A DNA stretch of 61,714 bases, the filler included, from Chiloscyllium plagiosum (Eukaryota), in NCBI RefSeq assembly GCF_004010195.1. It is 7 parts of one record of this genome, joined end to end, with 100 filler letters (N's around TTAATTAATTAA, not from the genome) between each part and the next. Parts side by side here need not be neighbours in the genome. Positions count along the whole stretch, not along the records: positions 12,232 to 26,159 come from NC_057716.1; positions 26,260 to 35,611 come from NC_057716.1; 5 more parts are not named here. One strand, written 5' to 3'. The position numbers and the translations under genes are program-made. The notes beneath the pieces were generated by a model that was given only the letters and a program-made list of their open reading frames with translations, had not been told where the DNA came from and ran no database searches. The stretch's first letter is position 1. Every line of letters starts with the position of its first letter. Positions 24,023-35,711 of the stretch are shown piece by piece.

Positions 24023-24644
24023 GTAAACCATCAGACCATTAGGCATAACAAATAAGAATAGGAGGCTTGTTAGCCCGTGAGGCTGCTCCACCAGTCAATG
24101 TGATCCAACTTTCCTCACAATACTTTCCTGCATTTTCCCTGTAGTCCTTGATTCCCCTATTAATCTACCTACTGAAGAGTAATGAGAATTATTCTCTAAG
24201 GATGGTTACAGGACACATGAATAAAGGAGCTAAGTTGTAAGTGATATGAGATCACATAGAACTGGGTCTGCAGATCTCCAAGCAAGATCTTGTCTTGTCA
24301 TGCTCTCCATATCATAACGTTCAATAAAACCGCTCATAAGAATGTAGTTTGCATATAGCTACAAGTCCTGTTCATCATTACATTTGACTTCACTGACCTT
24401 TATGGTGACCTGGTCAACCATGACATCTCATTCTTGCGTTTGAATCTGTAAATGGCCTAATCAATGCTGAGCTGTATAATCTCGAATCCAGCATTACTGC
24501 TGTCATGCGATAATCTCCAGAAGGGAGATGGTGTTGCAGTGATCATATTATTGTGCTGAATATTCAAAGGATCTGGCTCACATCTTCCTGACAAAAAAAA
24601 AGGAGTCAGAGGTTATTAGCGGTTGGCATGAGCATGGGTTTAAG

Positions 24645-24772
24645 ACCTGATGAAGAGCTTAAGCCTGAAATGTCGACTCTCCTGCTCCTCGGATGGATGC
24701 CCAACCTGCTGTGCTGTTCCAGCGCCACACTTTTCGACTCTGATTTCCAGCATCTGCAGTCCTCACTTTCTC
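24645..24772 (+). mobile_element. PLE family A pLTR fragment starting at the hammerhead motif
   Basis: CCTGATGAAGAGCTTAAGCCTGAAATGTCG...CAGCATCTGCAGTCCTCACTTTCTC. Confidence 0.8.
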
Positions 24773-25290
24773 TCAACCACAATCAGAACAGCCATGTGCT
24801 TTTGGAATGACAGACAGACTTGAGGAGCAGGTGGACTGCAACGGTTCAAGAATGCAGGTCACCACCATCTTCTCAAGGGCAATTAGGGACACACAATAAA
24901 TACAGGGTGCGGCCATGAAGGAACAGCTTTGATTTGTTGGGCAAAGCAGACATTGGACCAGAATTAGACCACTCAGCCTCTCAAATTTATTTCCGCATTC
25001 AGTGATAAAGTGTGAAAGCATCATGGCAGTTGCAAGGAAATATAACACTCAGTGAAATCTTGAGACCTTCAGGAAACTATCCAGCTCACCTTGATTTCAA
25101 TGTGGAAAGTGACAAATTGCATGTGCCCTCAAAACCAAGACAACAGTCACTTTCTTGATAGAAGGAACAATTGAAAATTTTCTCCTTCTATCTTCCACAG
25201 CATATGGGAGGCAAAGAATTTCTGGATTCCGATGATCTTTGAACGTTGTGTCATCTTAAGCAGTTGCTTGCAGATTTTCATATAAGTTGT

Positions 25291-25389
25291 GACACTGACA
25301 CCCTCCCTGGAGAGTCAAAGTCACCTTTTATGTTATCCTGCTGAGAACTGTAGATATATTGTTCTTGGTCTATTAACTCTATAGGGAGG
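25291..25389 (-). pseudogene. Possible PIF/Harbinger (HARBI1-like) transposase N-terminal trace
   Basis: PPYRVNRPRTIYLQFSAG*HKR*L*LSREGV. Reverting the two TGA to CGA gives KRRLRLSRE, resembling the RVYR...L..S...RRLRLSRE motif I recall from fish/shark Harbinger transposases. Confidence 0.45.
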
Positions 25390-25965
25390 CTAATGATCCC
25401 TCTGAGCATGCTCTTTTCTAGTTATTTTCCCTCCAGATGCAGCTGTGCTCCTTCTCTCTTTGTTCCTCACTCAGTTGTAAAGAACAATGTTAATGGGGTG
25501 AAAGAAATGACTCCTGATTCCTTCTCCTCCATAAACTGGTATCTGGGAGTGAATAAGGACATTGGCATCAATGTTGTCCTTAGTTTCATCATTTGCGTAT
25601 TCTGTGGGTAGCTGCATTCATTTTGTAAAACTGCACATGGAACCAGTCCGGGAAATATGTAGAAACTTACATACTCACAGTCTGCACCTGCAGCATCATT
25701 CTGGAGCATTACAGTCAGCACTGCATTTGTGAGGGGTCGAGGTTTCCAAACACCTAACTTTCTCAGCTCTTAAGATCATTGCCAGTTCCAATTCACAATA
25801 GCAGCAAGTTCAATCTTTTAGAAGGTGGCCAATTAATTAAGCACCACCGGAATTGTAAAACATTCAGGAATGTTGAACTACCTAAGCAGGTAACACCAGG
25901 GTGCAGCTTACCCAAGGTCAAGGGAAGGAGTCAACTCCATATCTGAGAGGTAAAAACGAGGTAAA

Positions 25966-26159
25966 ACCTCATAGTCCGGGAACCCCGCACTGCCCGGTTC
26001 TACCTCCTTCCCAAGATCCACAAGCCTGACCACCCTGGCCGACCCATTGTCTCAGCATGCTCCTGCCCCACTGAACTCATCTCTACCTACCTCGACACTG
26101 TCCTATCCCCCCTAGTCCAGGAACTCCCCACATACGTTCGAGACACCACCCACACCCTC
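25966..26159 (+). mobile_element. PLE RT fragment (young)
   Basis: [65 protein letters not shown], open frame up to the join. Confidence 0.92.
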
Positions 26160-26259
26160 NNNNNNNNNNNNNNNNNNNNNNNNNNNNNNNNNNNNNNNNN
26201 NNNTTAATTAATTAANNNNNNNNNNNNNNNNNNNNNNNNNNNNNNNNNNNNNNNNNNNN

Positions 26260-26690
26260 TAGGTAAAAGAAGGAAGCATAGACAGGATAGATCGAGTGAA
26301 TCCTTAGAATAGTATAAAGGCAGTAGGAGTATACTTAAGAGGGAAATCAGGAGGGCAAAAAGGGGACATGAGATAGCTTTGGCAAATAGAATTAAGGAGA
26401 ATCCAAAAGGTTTTTACAAATACATTAAGGACAAAAGGTTAACTAGGGAGAGAATAGGGCCCCTCAAAGATCAGCAAGGTTGCCTTTGTTTGGAGCCGCA
26501 GAAAATGGTGGAGATTCTAATCGAGTATTTTGCATCAGTATTTACTGTGAAAAAGGACATAGCAGATATAGAATGTAGGGAAAAAATGGTGACATCTTGA
26601 AAAATATCTATATTACAGAGGAGGAAGTGTTGGATGTCTAGAAACGCATAAGCTGGATAAATCCCCAGGAATTGATCTGAATATTTCTGA
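26260..26690 (+). mobile_element. CR1 ORF2 fragment (between EN and RT)
   Basis: ANRIKENPKGFYKYIKDKRLTRERIGPLKDQQG...ILIEYFASVFT. Confidence 0.9.
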
Positions 26691-26718
26691 TAGGCTTGAT
26701 CCCTGAGCCTAATTTTAA

Positions 26719-26905
26719 GGAAAACAAAAAAAATGCTGGAGATCACAGCGGCTCAGGCAGTATTCATGGAGTGAACATTTGGACTCTAGATGACTCTTCA
26801 CTCAAAATGTTAGCTTGCTCTCTCTCAATGGATGCTGCCTGACCCACTGTGATCTACAGCATTTTATGTTTTCAGTACAGATTCCAACATCTGCTGTAAT
26901 GTGCA
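26719..26905. mobile_element. Inverted pLTR pair of another PLE subfamily with 11-bp TSD
   Basis: AAATGCTGGAGATCACAGCGGCTCAGGCAGTATTCAT is reverse-complementary to ATGGATGCTGCCTGACCCACTGTGATCTACAGCATTT. CCTAATTTTAA at 26708-26718 and 26906-26916. Confidence 0.8.
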
Positions 26906-28076
26906 CCTAATTTTAAACATCTGATCAAACTATCCTGGTCGAGATTAAGAAACTCAGAAGAGCTTTGCGATTGAATTTGGGACCTTCTTTGTCTACATGG
27001 CGAAGCTACTTAACTTCATGTAAGATATGCTTTACATAGTAAGAGCGAAATCTTCACATTCAAATATTATCAGTTTCTTATATTGTTACAGTATCATCCA
27101 ACTTGGTGACTAGATGCTGAATAAAAATGTATCAAGGCTTAAAATAATCATGTTTGCATGCGCCAACACACACACTCAGAATGTCTGATTTGAGTGCACA
27201 AGCAATCTATTCTCCTGCAAAGGTAAATATTTAACCACGGCAATAGTACTTTGTCTACAATATAGAAAGGTATGAGTAATAGAGAAAGTGTTCAAAATAA
27301 ATTAAATTTGGTTGTTCCTTAAGGATAATTGCATAAGTACCTCCAAACCATCCTATGATGATTATGAGTCAGTCAGTTATTATAAGCAGGGTGATTAAAG
27401 GGGACACTCAGTTCTGAACATCACTCTGTCCCTGCTGCTAATTCCACATTATCAGCGCGTTTCTGCTTTTCCATTTCGACCTTTTGTTTGCTCTCCCAAT
27501 CTTACCTTTATTATACAAAATGCAATGTTCAAACAGAAGTTGTTGTTATAACGTAACAATTCTGGAGGACTTATTCTGGAAGACTTAATGCTAAAGTTGC
27601 ATGTGCTTGACCAAACTTGTTTATAACAAACATCTTTGGATGAAGGAAGACAGGGTCTCACTGGAGACACATGTGTCCTACACGGCTCAGCAATGCAGCA
27701 CCAACTAATGTTAGTTTTACCATTGCTCTTGTGCATTCAACTGAACCTTGCTGTGATGTGGAGGAATTGGACTGATAAAGGAGTAGCACTTCAAAAGCTT
27801 GTGATTTCAAATAAACCTTTTGGACTTCTGACTTTGTACCTTGCTATTGCAAGACAAGTGCCTCTTATTATTAAGACTCCATAGTGGTCTATCTTCACCA
27901 TAGAATGGAGAATTGAATGTTTATTCAGAAGATTAGAAATGAAAATTGATGGCAGCACTGTATTCAACCACCAGCTGCCAGATGTCAGGAAGTCAAAGAC
28001 CAATGTAGCAATCATAAGACAAAACAGAACAGAACAAAAAGATTGTTTGAACTTAAGCATGCATTTATAACTTTTT

Positions 28077-31000
28077 AGAACATAGACCATAGAACATGAC
28101 AGCGCAGTACAGATCCTTCAGCTCTCGCTGTTGTTCCGATCTATGAAACCAATTTGAAGCCTATCCATCCTACACTATTCCATTTTGATCTATATGTTTA
28201 TCCAATGACCATTTAAATGCCCTTAAAGTTGGCAAGTCTACTACTGCTGAAGGCAGTGCATTCCACGCCCCTACTGCTCTTTGAGTAAAGAAACTACCTC
28301 TGACATCGTCCTATATACATCATCCCTCAATTTAAAGCTATGTCTCCTCGTGCTAGCCATCGCCATCTGAGGAAAAAGGCTCTCGCTGTCCACTGTATCT
28401 AACCCTCTGATTATCTTATATGTCTGAATTAAGTCACCTCTCAATCTTCTCTCTCACAAAAACAGCCTCAAGTCCCTCAGACTTTCCTCATAAGGCCATT
28501 CCTCTATACCAGGCAACATCCTAGTAAATCTCCTCTGCATCCTTTCCAAAGCTTCCATATCCTCCCTATAATGTTGTGATCAGAACTGTACGCAATACAC
28601 CAAATGCGGTCGCACCAGAGTTTTGTACAAATGCAGCACGATCTCATGGCTCCGAAACTTAATCCCTCTACCAAGAAAAGCTAACACACCATATGCCTTC
28701 TGAACAACCCTATCAACCTGGGTGGCAACTTTCAAGGATCTATGCACATGGACACTGAGATCTCTCTGCTCATCTACACTACCAAGAATCTTACCATTAG
28801 CACAGTACTCTTTATTCCTGTACTCCTTCCAAAGTGAATTACCTCACACTTTTCCACATTAAACTCCATTTGTCACCTCTCAGCCCAGCTCTGCAGCTTA
28901 ATCTATGTCCCTCTGTAACCTGCAACACCCTTCAGCATGATCCACAACTCCAAAGACCTTAGTATCATCCGCAAATTTATTAACCCGTCCTTCTACACAC
29001 TCATCTCAGTCATTTATAAAAATGACAAACAGCAGTGGCCCCAAAACAAATCCTTGCAGTATACCACTAGTAACTGAACTTCAGGATGAGCATTTCCCAT
29101 CCGTCACCACCCTCTGTCTTCTTTTAGCTAGCCAATTTCAGATCCAAACCACGAAATCACCTTCAATCCCATGCCTCTGTACTTTGTGTAATAGCCTACC
29201 ACGGGGAACCTTATCAAATGCCTTACTGAAATTCATATACACCACATTGACTGCTTTCCCCTAATCCATCTGTTTGGTCACCATCTCAAAGAACTTAATC
29301 TGGTTTGTGAGACATGACCTGCCCTTCACAAAATCATGTTGACTATTCCTCATCAATTTATTCCTATTGAGGTGTTTATTAGTTCTATCTCTTATAATTT
29401 TTTCCAATACTTTACTCACAACCGAAGTAAGGCTCACTGGTCTGTAGTTACAAGGGTTGTCTCTACTCCCCTTCTTGAACAAGGGGACAACATTTGCTAT
29501 CCTCCAGTCTGGCACTATTCCTGTAAACAGTGCCGACATAAAGATCAAAGCCAAAGGCTCTGCAATCGCCTGCCTGGCTTTCCAGAGAATTCTTGGATAA
29601 ATCCCATCTGGCCCAGGGGACTTAACTATTTTCACACTTTCCAGAATTGCTAACACCTCCTCCTTGTGACCTCAATCCTGTCTAATCAAGTAGCCTGCAT
29701 CTCAGTATTCTCCTCAACAACATTGTCTTTATCCAGTGTGAATAGTGATGGAAAATATTCATTTAGCACTTCACCTATCTCCTCGGATTCCACGCACAAT
29801 TTCCCACTACTGTCCTTGATTGGCCCTAATATTTCTCTAGTCATTCTTTTATTCCTGATAGACCTACAGAAAACTTTAGAGTTTTCCTTCATCCGATCTG
29901 CCAATAACTTCTCATGTCCACTCCTGGCTCTTCTTAGCTATCTCTTGAGGTCTTTCCTGGCTAACTTGCAACTCTCAAGTGCCCTAATTGAGCCTTCACA
30001 TCTCATCCTAACATAAGCCTCCTTCTTCCTCTTGACAAGGGATTCATCTTATTTCATAAACCATGGCTCCCTCGCTTGACCACTTCCTCCCTGCCTGCCA
30101 GGTACCACGGATCTGCAGTAGCTATTAACATAGAACATAGAACAATACAGTGCAGAACAGGTCCTTTGGCCCTCGATTTTATGCCAACCTGTGAACTATT
30201 CTAAGTGCATCCCCCTACACTATCCCATCATCATCCATGTGCTTATCCAAGGATTGTTTAAATATCCCTAATGTGGCTGAGTTAACTACATTGGCATGGA
30301 AGGGCATTCCACGCCCTTACCACTCTCTGAGTGAAGAACCTGCCTCTGACATTTGTCTTAAATCTATCACCTCTGAATTTCTAGTTATGCCCCCTCGTAC
30401 AAGCTGACATCATCATCCTAGGAAAAAGACTCACTGTCTACCCTATCTAATCCTCTGTGTCTTGAATAAGCTCCACATTTCAATTGTGCTCATTCCCTGC
30501 AGTTTCCTTCCAATCCTATGCATCCTAAATCTTACCTAATCGCATGATAGTGGTCTTGCCCTATGGTGTATACTGATCCCTTTCCATTGCTAAAGTAAAC
30601 ATAACCGAATTGTGATCACTATCACTAATGTGCTCACCTACCTCCAAATCTAACACCTGGCCAGATTCATTACCTAGTGTCAAATCCAATGAGGCCTTAC
30701 CCCTTGTTGGCTTGTCTACATACTGTGTCAGGAAACCATCCTGCACACATTGGACAAAAACTGACCCATCTAAAGTACTCCAACCATAGTATTTCCAATC
30801 AATATTTGGAAAGTTAAAGTCTCCCATAACAACTACCCTGTTACTCTCGCTCCGATTCAGAGTTATCTTTGCTATCCTTTCTTCTACATCTCTGGAACTA
30901 CTTGGTGGCAACAGGGTGACCTCTCCTTCCCTGTTTCTAACCTCAGCCAATACTATCTCAGTAGACGAGTCCTCAAATGTCCTTTCTGCCACTGTAATAC

Positions 31001-32035
31001 TATTCTTGACAAACAATGCCACACATTCCCTCTTTTACCATCTTCTTTGTTCTTACTGAAACATCTATATCCCAGAACCTGCAACAACCATTCCTGTCCC
31101 TGCTCTATCCATGTCTCCAAAATGGCCACAACATCAAAGTCCCAGGTACCAACCCATGCTGCAAGTTCACCTAACTTATTCCAGATGCTCCTGGCATTGA
31201 AGTGGACACACTTCAAACCACCTTTCTGCTTGCTGGTTAACTCTTGCAACCTTGAAACCTCATTTCTGATCTCACTACTCTCAACCTCCTGGACACTGGA
31301 ATGACAATTTAGGTTCCCATCCCCCTGCTGAATTAGTTTAAACTCTCCTGAAGAGGATTAGCAAATTCCCCCCCCAGGATATCGGTACCCCTTTGGTTCA
31401 AGTGTAGGCCATTCTGTTTGTAGTGGTCCCACCTATCCCAGAATAAGCTGAATTATCCAGGTATCCCTCCCTCCTGCACCATCTCTGTAGCCACGTGTTC
31501 AATTCCACTTTCTCCCTATTCTTCGCCTCACTAGCGTGTGGCACAGGCAACAAACCAGAGATAACAACTCTGTTTGTTCTCACACTAAGCTTCCACCTCA
31601 GATCCCTGAATTTCTGCCTTAAATCCCCATCCCTTTTCCTACCAATGTTGTTAGTGCCTATGTGGGCCATGACTTGGAGCTGCTCCCCCTCCCCCTTAAG
31701 GATCCCGAAAACATGATCTGAGACATCACAAACCCTGGCACCTGGGAGGCAACACACCAACCGTGAGTCTCTTTCATTCCAACAGAACCTCCTATCTGTC
31801 CCCCTAACTATGGAGTCCCAGATATCTAATGCTCTGCTCATTCCCTTCTCTTCTGAGCATCAGGGACAGACTCTGTGCCAGCAACCTGTACCCCATGACT
31901 TACTCCTGGTAAGCTGTCCCCCTCAACAGTATCCTTTGTGGTATACTAGTTATTGAGGGGAAGGGTTGCAGGGGATCCCTGCACCACCTGCCGGTTTCCT
32001 TTCCATCCCTTGACGGTAACCCCTCTGCCTCTTCC
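28077..32035 (-). mobile_element. Near-full-length CR1 LINE (ORF1 esterase, ORF2 APE endonuclease + RT), disabled
   Basis: ORF1 DSIVRGTDRRFC...HIGTNNIG (31398-31841). EN HFNARSI...VAILETW, MGDFNFPNIDW, SDHN (30561-31249). RT KSPGPDGI, NYRPVSLTS, GRSCLTN (29261-29656). (CATAGAA) tail at 28077. Confidence 0.95.
30127..30456 (-). mobile_element. Nested CR1 3' fragment inside the long CR1
   Basis: A second (AACATAG)n tail and 3' UTR interrupts ORF2 between EN and RT. Confidence 0.85.
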
Positions 32036-32579
32036 ACCTCCATTTTAAAATGGAGTTCTTGATAAATTGTTCCTGATTTGATGCAATGTTTAAGAGCCAT
32101 CATTAGATATACTTGCATTGCCACAAACCGTATTCACTTCATTATACTGAAGGCAAATATTGCTGCAAAGATAAATATGCTGTTGTAACCATCAAGACTA
32201 ATGCAAGAGTGCCCAAATTCAAATAGTCCTTGAACCTTTATTTAATTCCCTGGGTTCTTAGTAAGCCATTTGCTTTCTGCATGGCAGTGCTTTTGCCAAT
32301 CAGAATCATCTTGCCAATCAATTAGCACTGCTTTGTCTCCACAATACATATTGTTTAAAATATGACATTCTTGCAATTGTCCTGATGAGTACAAGGCACA
32401 CATTTTCAGCAACATCTCTCTTTTAGGAAATATCAACTTTTGTTATCTAATTAATTTTGAAATTTATCTCCAAAACCTCATTGTACAAACATTCATTTTT
32501 CCTTTCCTAATTTATTAATGATAAAAAAAGGCTTTGAAAGGTTAAAGAAAGAAACTGTAAGGGTTGAATCGTGTAGGGG

Positions 32580-32860
32580 TCTGAGTCATGTGGGCTCCAG
32601 TGAGATTTATGACAGAATCAAGTGAGAGGTCCAATGAGCCTGATTAGGCATTGAGAGCAATTTGCTCCATCTTTGATGCTTTTGCGGAGCTGCATGACAA
32701 GTTTCTCGCGAGGCAATGGTGAGGTGCCAATTAAGGGGGATTATTGCGTGTTAAACTCTTTATAAAATCACAGCTCACCCCATTCGTATTAAGCCGCCCA
32801 TCTTATCAAATGTGCTAGTAAGGTAGATTTTGCTAATTCTTGACATGAAAGTCAAAGCGG
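32580..32860. promoter_or_regulatory. Candidate enhancer / conserved non-coding element
   Basis: Non-repetitive stretch with clustered TGAGTCA (32582), GATTTATGACAG (Hox/Pbx-Meis-like, 32604-32615), TGATTAG, CTTTGAT (TCF-like, 32671) and CCAATTAA, plus retained CpGs. Motif-based only. Confidence 0.3.
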
Positions 32861-32944
32861 GTACCTGGTAACCCCAGCTCACTGTTGGTTGCTGCCAGCC
32901 TCCGTTTTGGTGACTGGGCACTGAAATATTTGACACATTGGTAA

Positions 32945-33028
32945 GGTTGAAGAGTATAGTGCTGGAAAAGGTCAGGCGGCTTCTGAGGAGCAGGAGAATC
33001 GACATTTCGAGCATAAGCCCTTCATCGG
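32945..33028 (-). mobile_element. PLE family A pLTR fragment ending at the hammerhead motif
   Basis: GCTGGAAAAG...GAGCAGGAGAATCGACATTTCGAGCATAAGCCCTTCATC. Confidence 0.75.
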
Positions 33029-33094
33029 TCATTACAAAGTTGCTGGTCTGTTTGATAATTTGTGGTTTTGCTTTGTACATTTTCTGTAGCCTGA

Positions 33095-33125
<31 letters not shown>

Positions 33126-33922
33126 AGAGAAATTATATAACAGTGCAGTCATTCCTGCCTTGCTTCATTTATTGTCAAGATCTTGACAGAATTTTCAAAG
33201 CACACTGATGATTTTTCAGTTTCTTTTGGGCTTTCTCAAATGTGTGTTAACCAACTTTTGGAAGGAAAGAGAAGAGGCAGGGTTCATGTATCTGATTATA
33301 TGAAGTCAGCAGTACAAGTGCTTGCTAAGTGGCAAGCTAAACCTTCAACAGCAGATGAGAAGAATTACTGACAATTTATTCCTTGGATTGTTATAGCGAC
33401 AGTGATTTCATTGTTTTTTTCTCAAGCAAACAGCAGTGAAAAATACTTTCATTATACATTGCAGCTTGTTTATACATTGTTTGTGGAGTTGAGGATCAAG
33501 AGTGTTTCAAGGATTTCAGCTAGATCAATTGACCAGAGTTTTCTGAGGGTTCTTGCAGATCATTTTTCATAGGCTTTTGCTGCCAGACGACGGCAAAAAT
33601 GGGTTTCTGTAAAAAGGTGAGTGTTTTTCCACAAAGCTCTATTTGGTACATTTTCAAGGGTCCTTTGCCACCACTTTCCAAGCACACAATCGCTTTCAGC
33701 TGGAAAGGCAAGGACTGCAGCCACACAGGAATATCATCACCTGCAAGTTCCTCTCTGAGTTCGACATTGTCCTGACTTAATTTGCATTATCTACTTTATA
33801 CTACACCTGCCATGCATTTGTCCACTCGCTCAACTTTTCCAAATCAGACTGAAGCATCTCTGCATCTTCCTCATAATGCACCTTCCCACCCAGCTTTCTG
33901 TCATCTGCAAACATGGCAACAT

Positions 33923-34468
33923 TAGAACATAGAAAATTTCAGTGCAGTATGGGCCCTCCAGCCCTCAATCTTGCACTGACCTGTGAAACCAATCAGAAGC
34001 CCATCGAACCGACACCATTCTACTCTCGTCCATATGCTTATTGACCATTTAAATGCCTGTAAAATTGGCAAGTCTACAACTTCTGCATTCCATACCCCTG
34101 CCACTCTCTGAATAAAGAAACTACCTCTGATATCTGTCCTATAACTTTATATGAAGCAATGCCCCCTTATGCGAGCCATCACCATCTGAGGCAAAAGGCA
34201 CTCACTGTCCACCCAATCTCACCCTCTGATTATCTTGTGTGTCTTAATTAAATCACCTCTCAACCTTCTTCTCTCTAATGACAACAGCCTCAAGTCGCTC
34301 AACCTTTCCTCGTAAGAACTTCCCTCCAAATCAGGCAGCATCCTAGTAAATCTCCTCTGTGCCCTTTCCAAAGCTTCCACATCCTTCCCATAATGTGGTG
34401 ACCAGAACTACATGCAGTACTCAAAGTGCGGGTGCACCAGAGTTTTGTACAGCTGCAGCATGACCTCG
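33923..34468 (-). mobile_element. CR1 3' fragment
   Basis: AGAACATAGAA tail, collinear with 28077-28650. Confidence 0.88.
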
Positions 34469-34862
34469 TGATGATTTTCATCAGTATGTACATTGGTTTC
34501 TGTATCTTCAGTTGTCCTGAATGTAAGCTGTTGAGACTTTGTTCACAAAAATTTCTGTGTTTCACCTTTCTTGCATGGATGATGGTGCCATGCTAATATA
34601 GTCACTGGATTGTTCTAAGAATGGGGAATGGAAGTTCACAGCTTCATATCACAGAATCTATAGATCGTAAACCATTAGGATTTCTGATTACACATAATCA
34701 GTTCTGTGGCAAATAACCAAATCATATAATCAAAATAAAAGCAAAACCCTGCATATGCCTGGAAATGTGAAATCAAATCAGACAGTGCTGGAGAAACTCA
34801 ACAGGTCTGGCAGGAGAGAGAAATAGTGTTAAAATTTTGAGTCTGCAATAACTTCACTTTGT

Positions 34863-35220
34863 GTCATAGAGTCATAGAGATGTACAGCATGGAAACAGAC
34901 CCTTCGGTCCAACCCCTCCATGCCGACCAGATATCTCAACCAAATCTAGTACCACCTGCCAGCGTCCAGCCCGTATCCCTCCAAACCCTTCCTATTTATA
35001 TACCCATCCAATTGCCTCTTAAATGTTGCAATTGTACCAGCCTCCACCACATCCTCTGGCAGCTCATTCCATACACGTACCACCCTCTGCGTGAAAAGGT
35101 TGCCCCTTAGGTCTCTTTTATATCCTTCCCCTCTCACCCTAAACCTATGCCCTCTAGTTCTGGACTCCCCGACCCCAGGGAAAAGACTTTGTTTATTTGT
35201 TCTATCTATGCCCCTCATAA
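34863..35220 (-). mobile_element. CR1 3' fragment
   Basis: MRGIDRTNKQSLFPGVGESRTRGHRFRVRG...FTQRVVRVWNELPE; (GTCATAGA)2 tail. Confidence 0.92.
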
Positions 35221-35427
35221 TTATTGAGGACTGTGGAACTTTCAGTTTTGTCAACAGACGAGAATCTGAAAACTTTTAGAATAGAGATGGCAAAGGTTAG
35301 ATTGCATCCCCTACATTGTGGAAACAGGCCCTTCGGCCCAACCAGTCCATACCGACCCTCTGAAGAATAACCCACCCAGACCCATTTCCTTCTGACTAAT
35401 GCACCTAGCACTATGGGCAATTTAGTT

Positions 35428-35611
35428 AGGTAAAAACAATGACTGCAGATGCTGGAAACCAGATTCTGGATTAGTGGTGCTGGAAGAGCACAGCAATTCA
35501 GGCAGCATCCGAGGACAGGCAAAATCCGAGGACAGGCAAAATCGACGTTTCGGGCAAAAGCCCTTCATCAGGAATAAAGGCAGAGAGCCTGAAGCGTGGA
35601 GAGATAAGCTA
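35428..35611 (-). mobile_element. PLE 3' end with intact hammerhead core (35539-35575), following a truncated HE1 SINE (35298-35425)
   Basis: Minus strand TTTATTCCTGATGAAGGGCTTTTGCCCGAAACGTCGATTTT; internal 17-nt tandem duplication ATCCGAGGACAGGCAAA. Confidence 0.88.
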
Positions 35612-35711
35612 NNNNNNNNNNNNNNNNNNNNNNNNNNNNNNNNNNNNNNNNNNNNTTAATTAATTAANNNNNNNNNNNNNNNNNNNNNNNNNNNNNNNNN
35701 NNNNNNNNNNN

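Noticed and set aside
27355..27417. C/D-box snoRNA (ATGATGA...CTGA)
   Set aside because: No terminal stem and no identifiable rRNA/snRNA guide complementarity.
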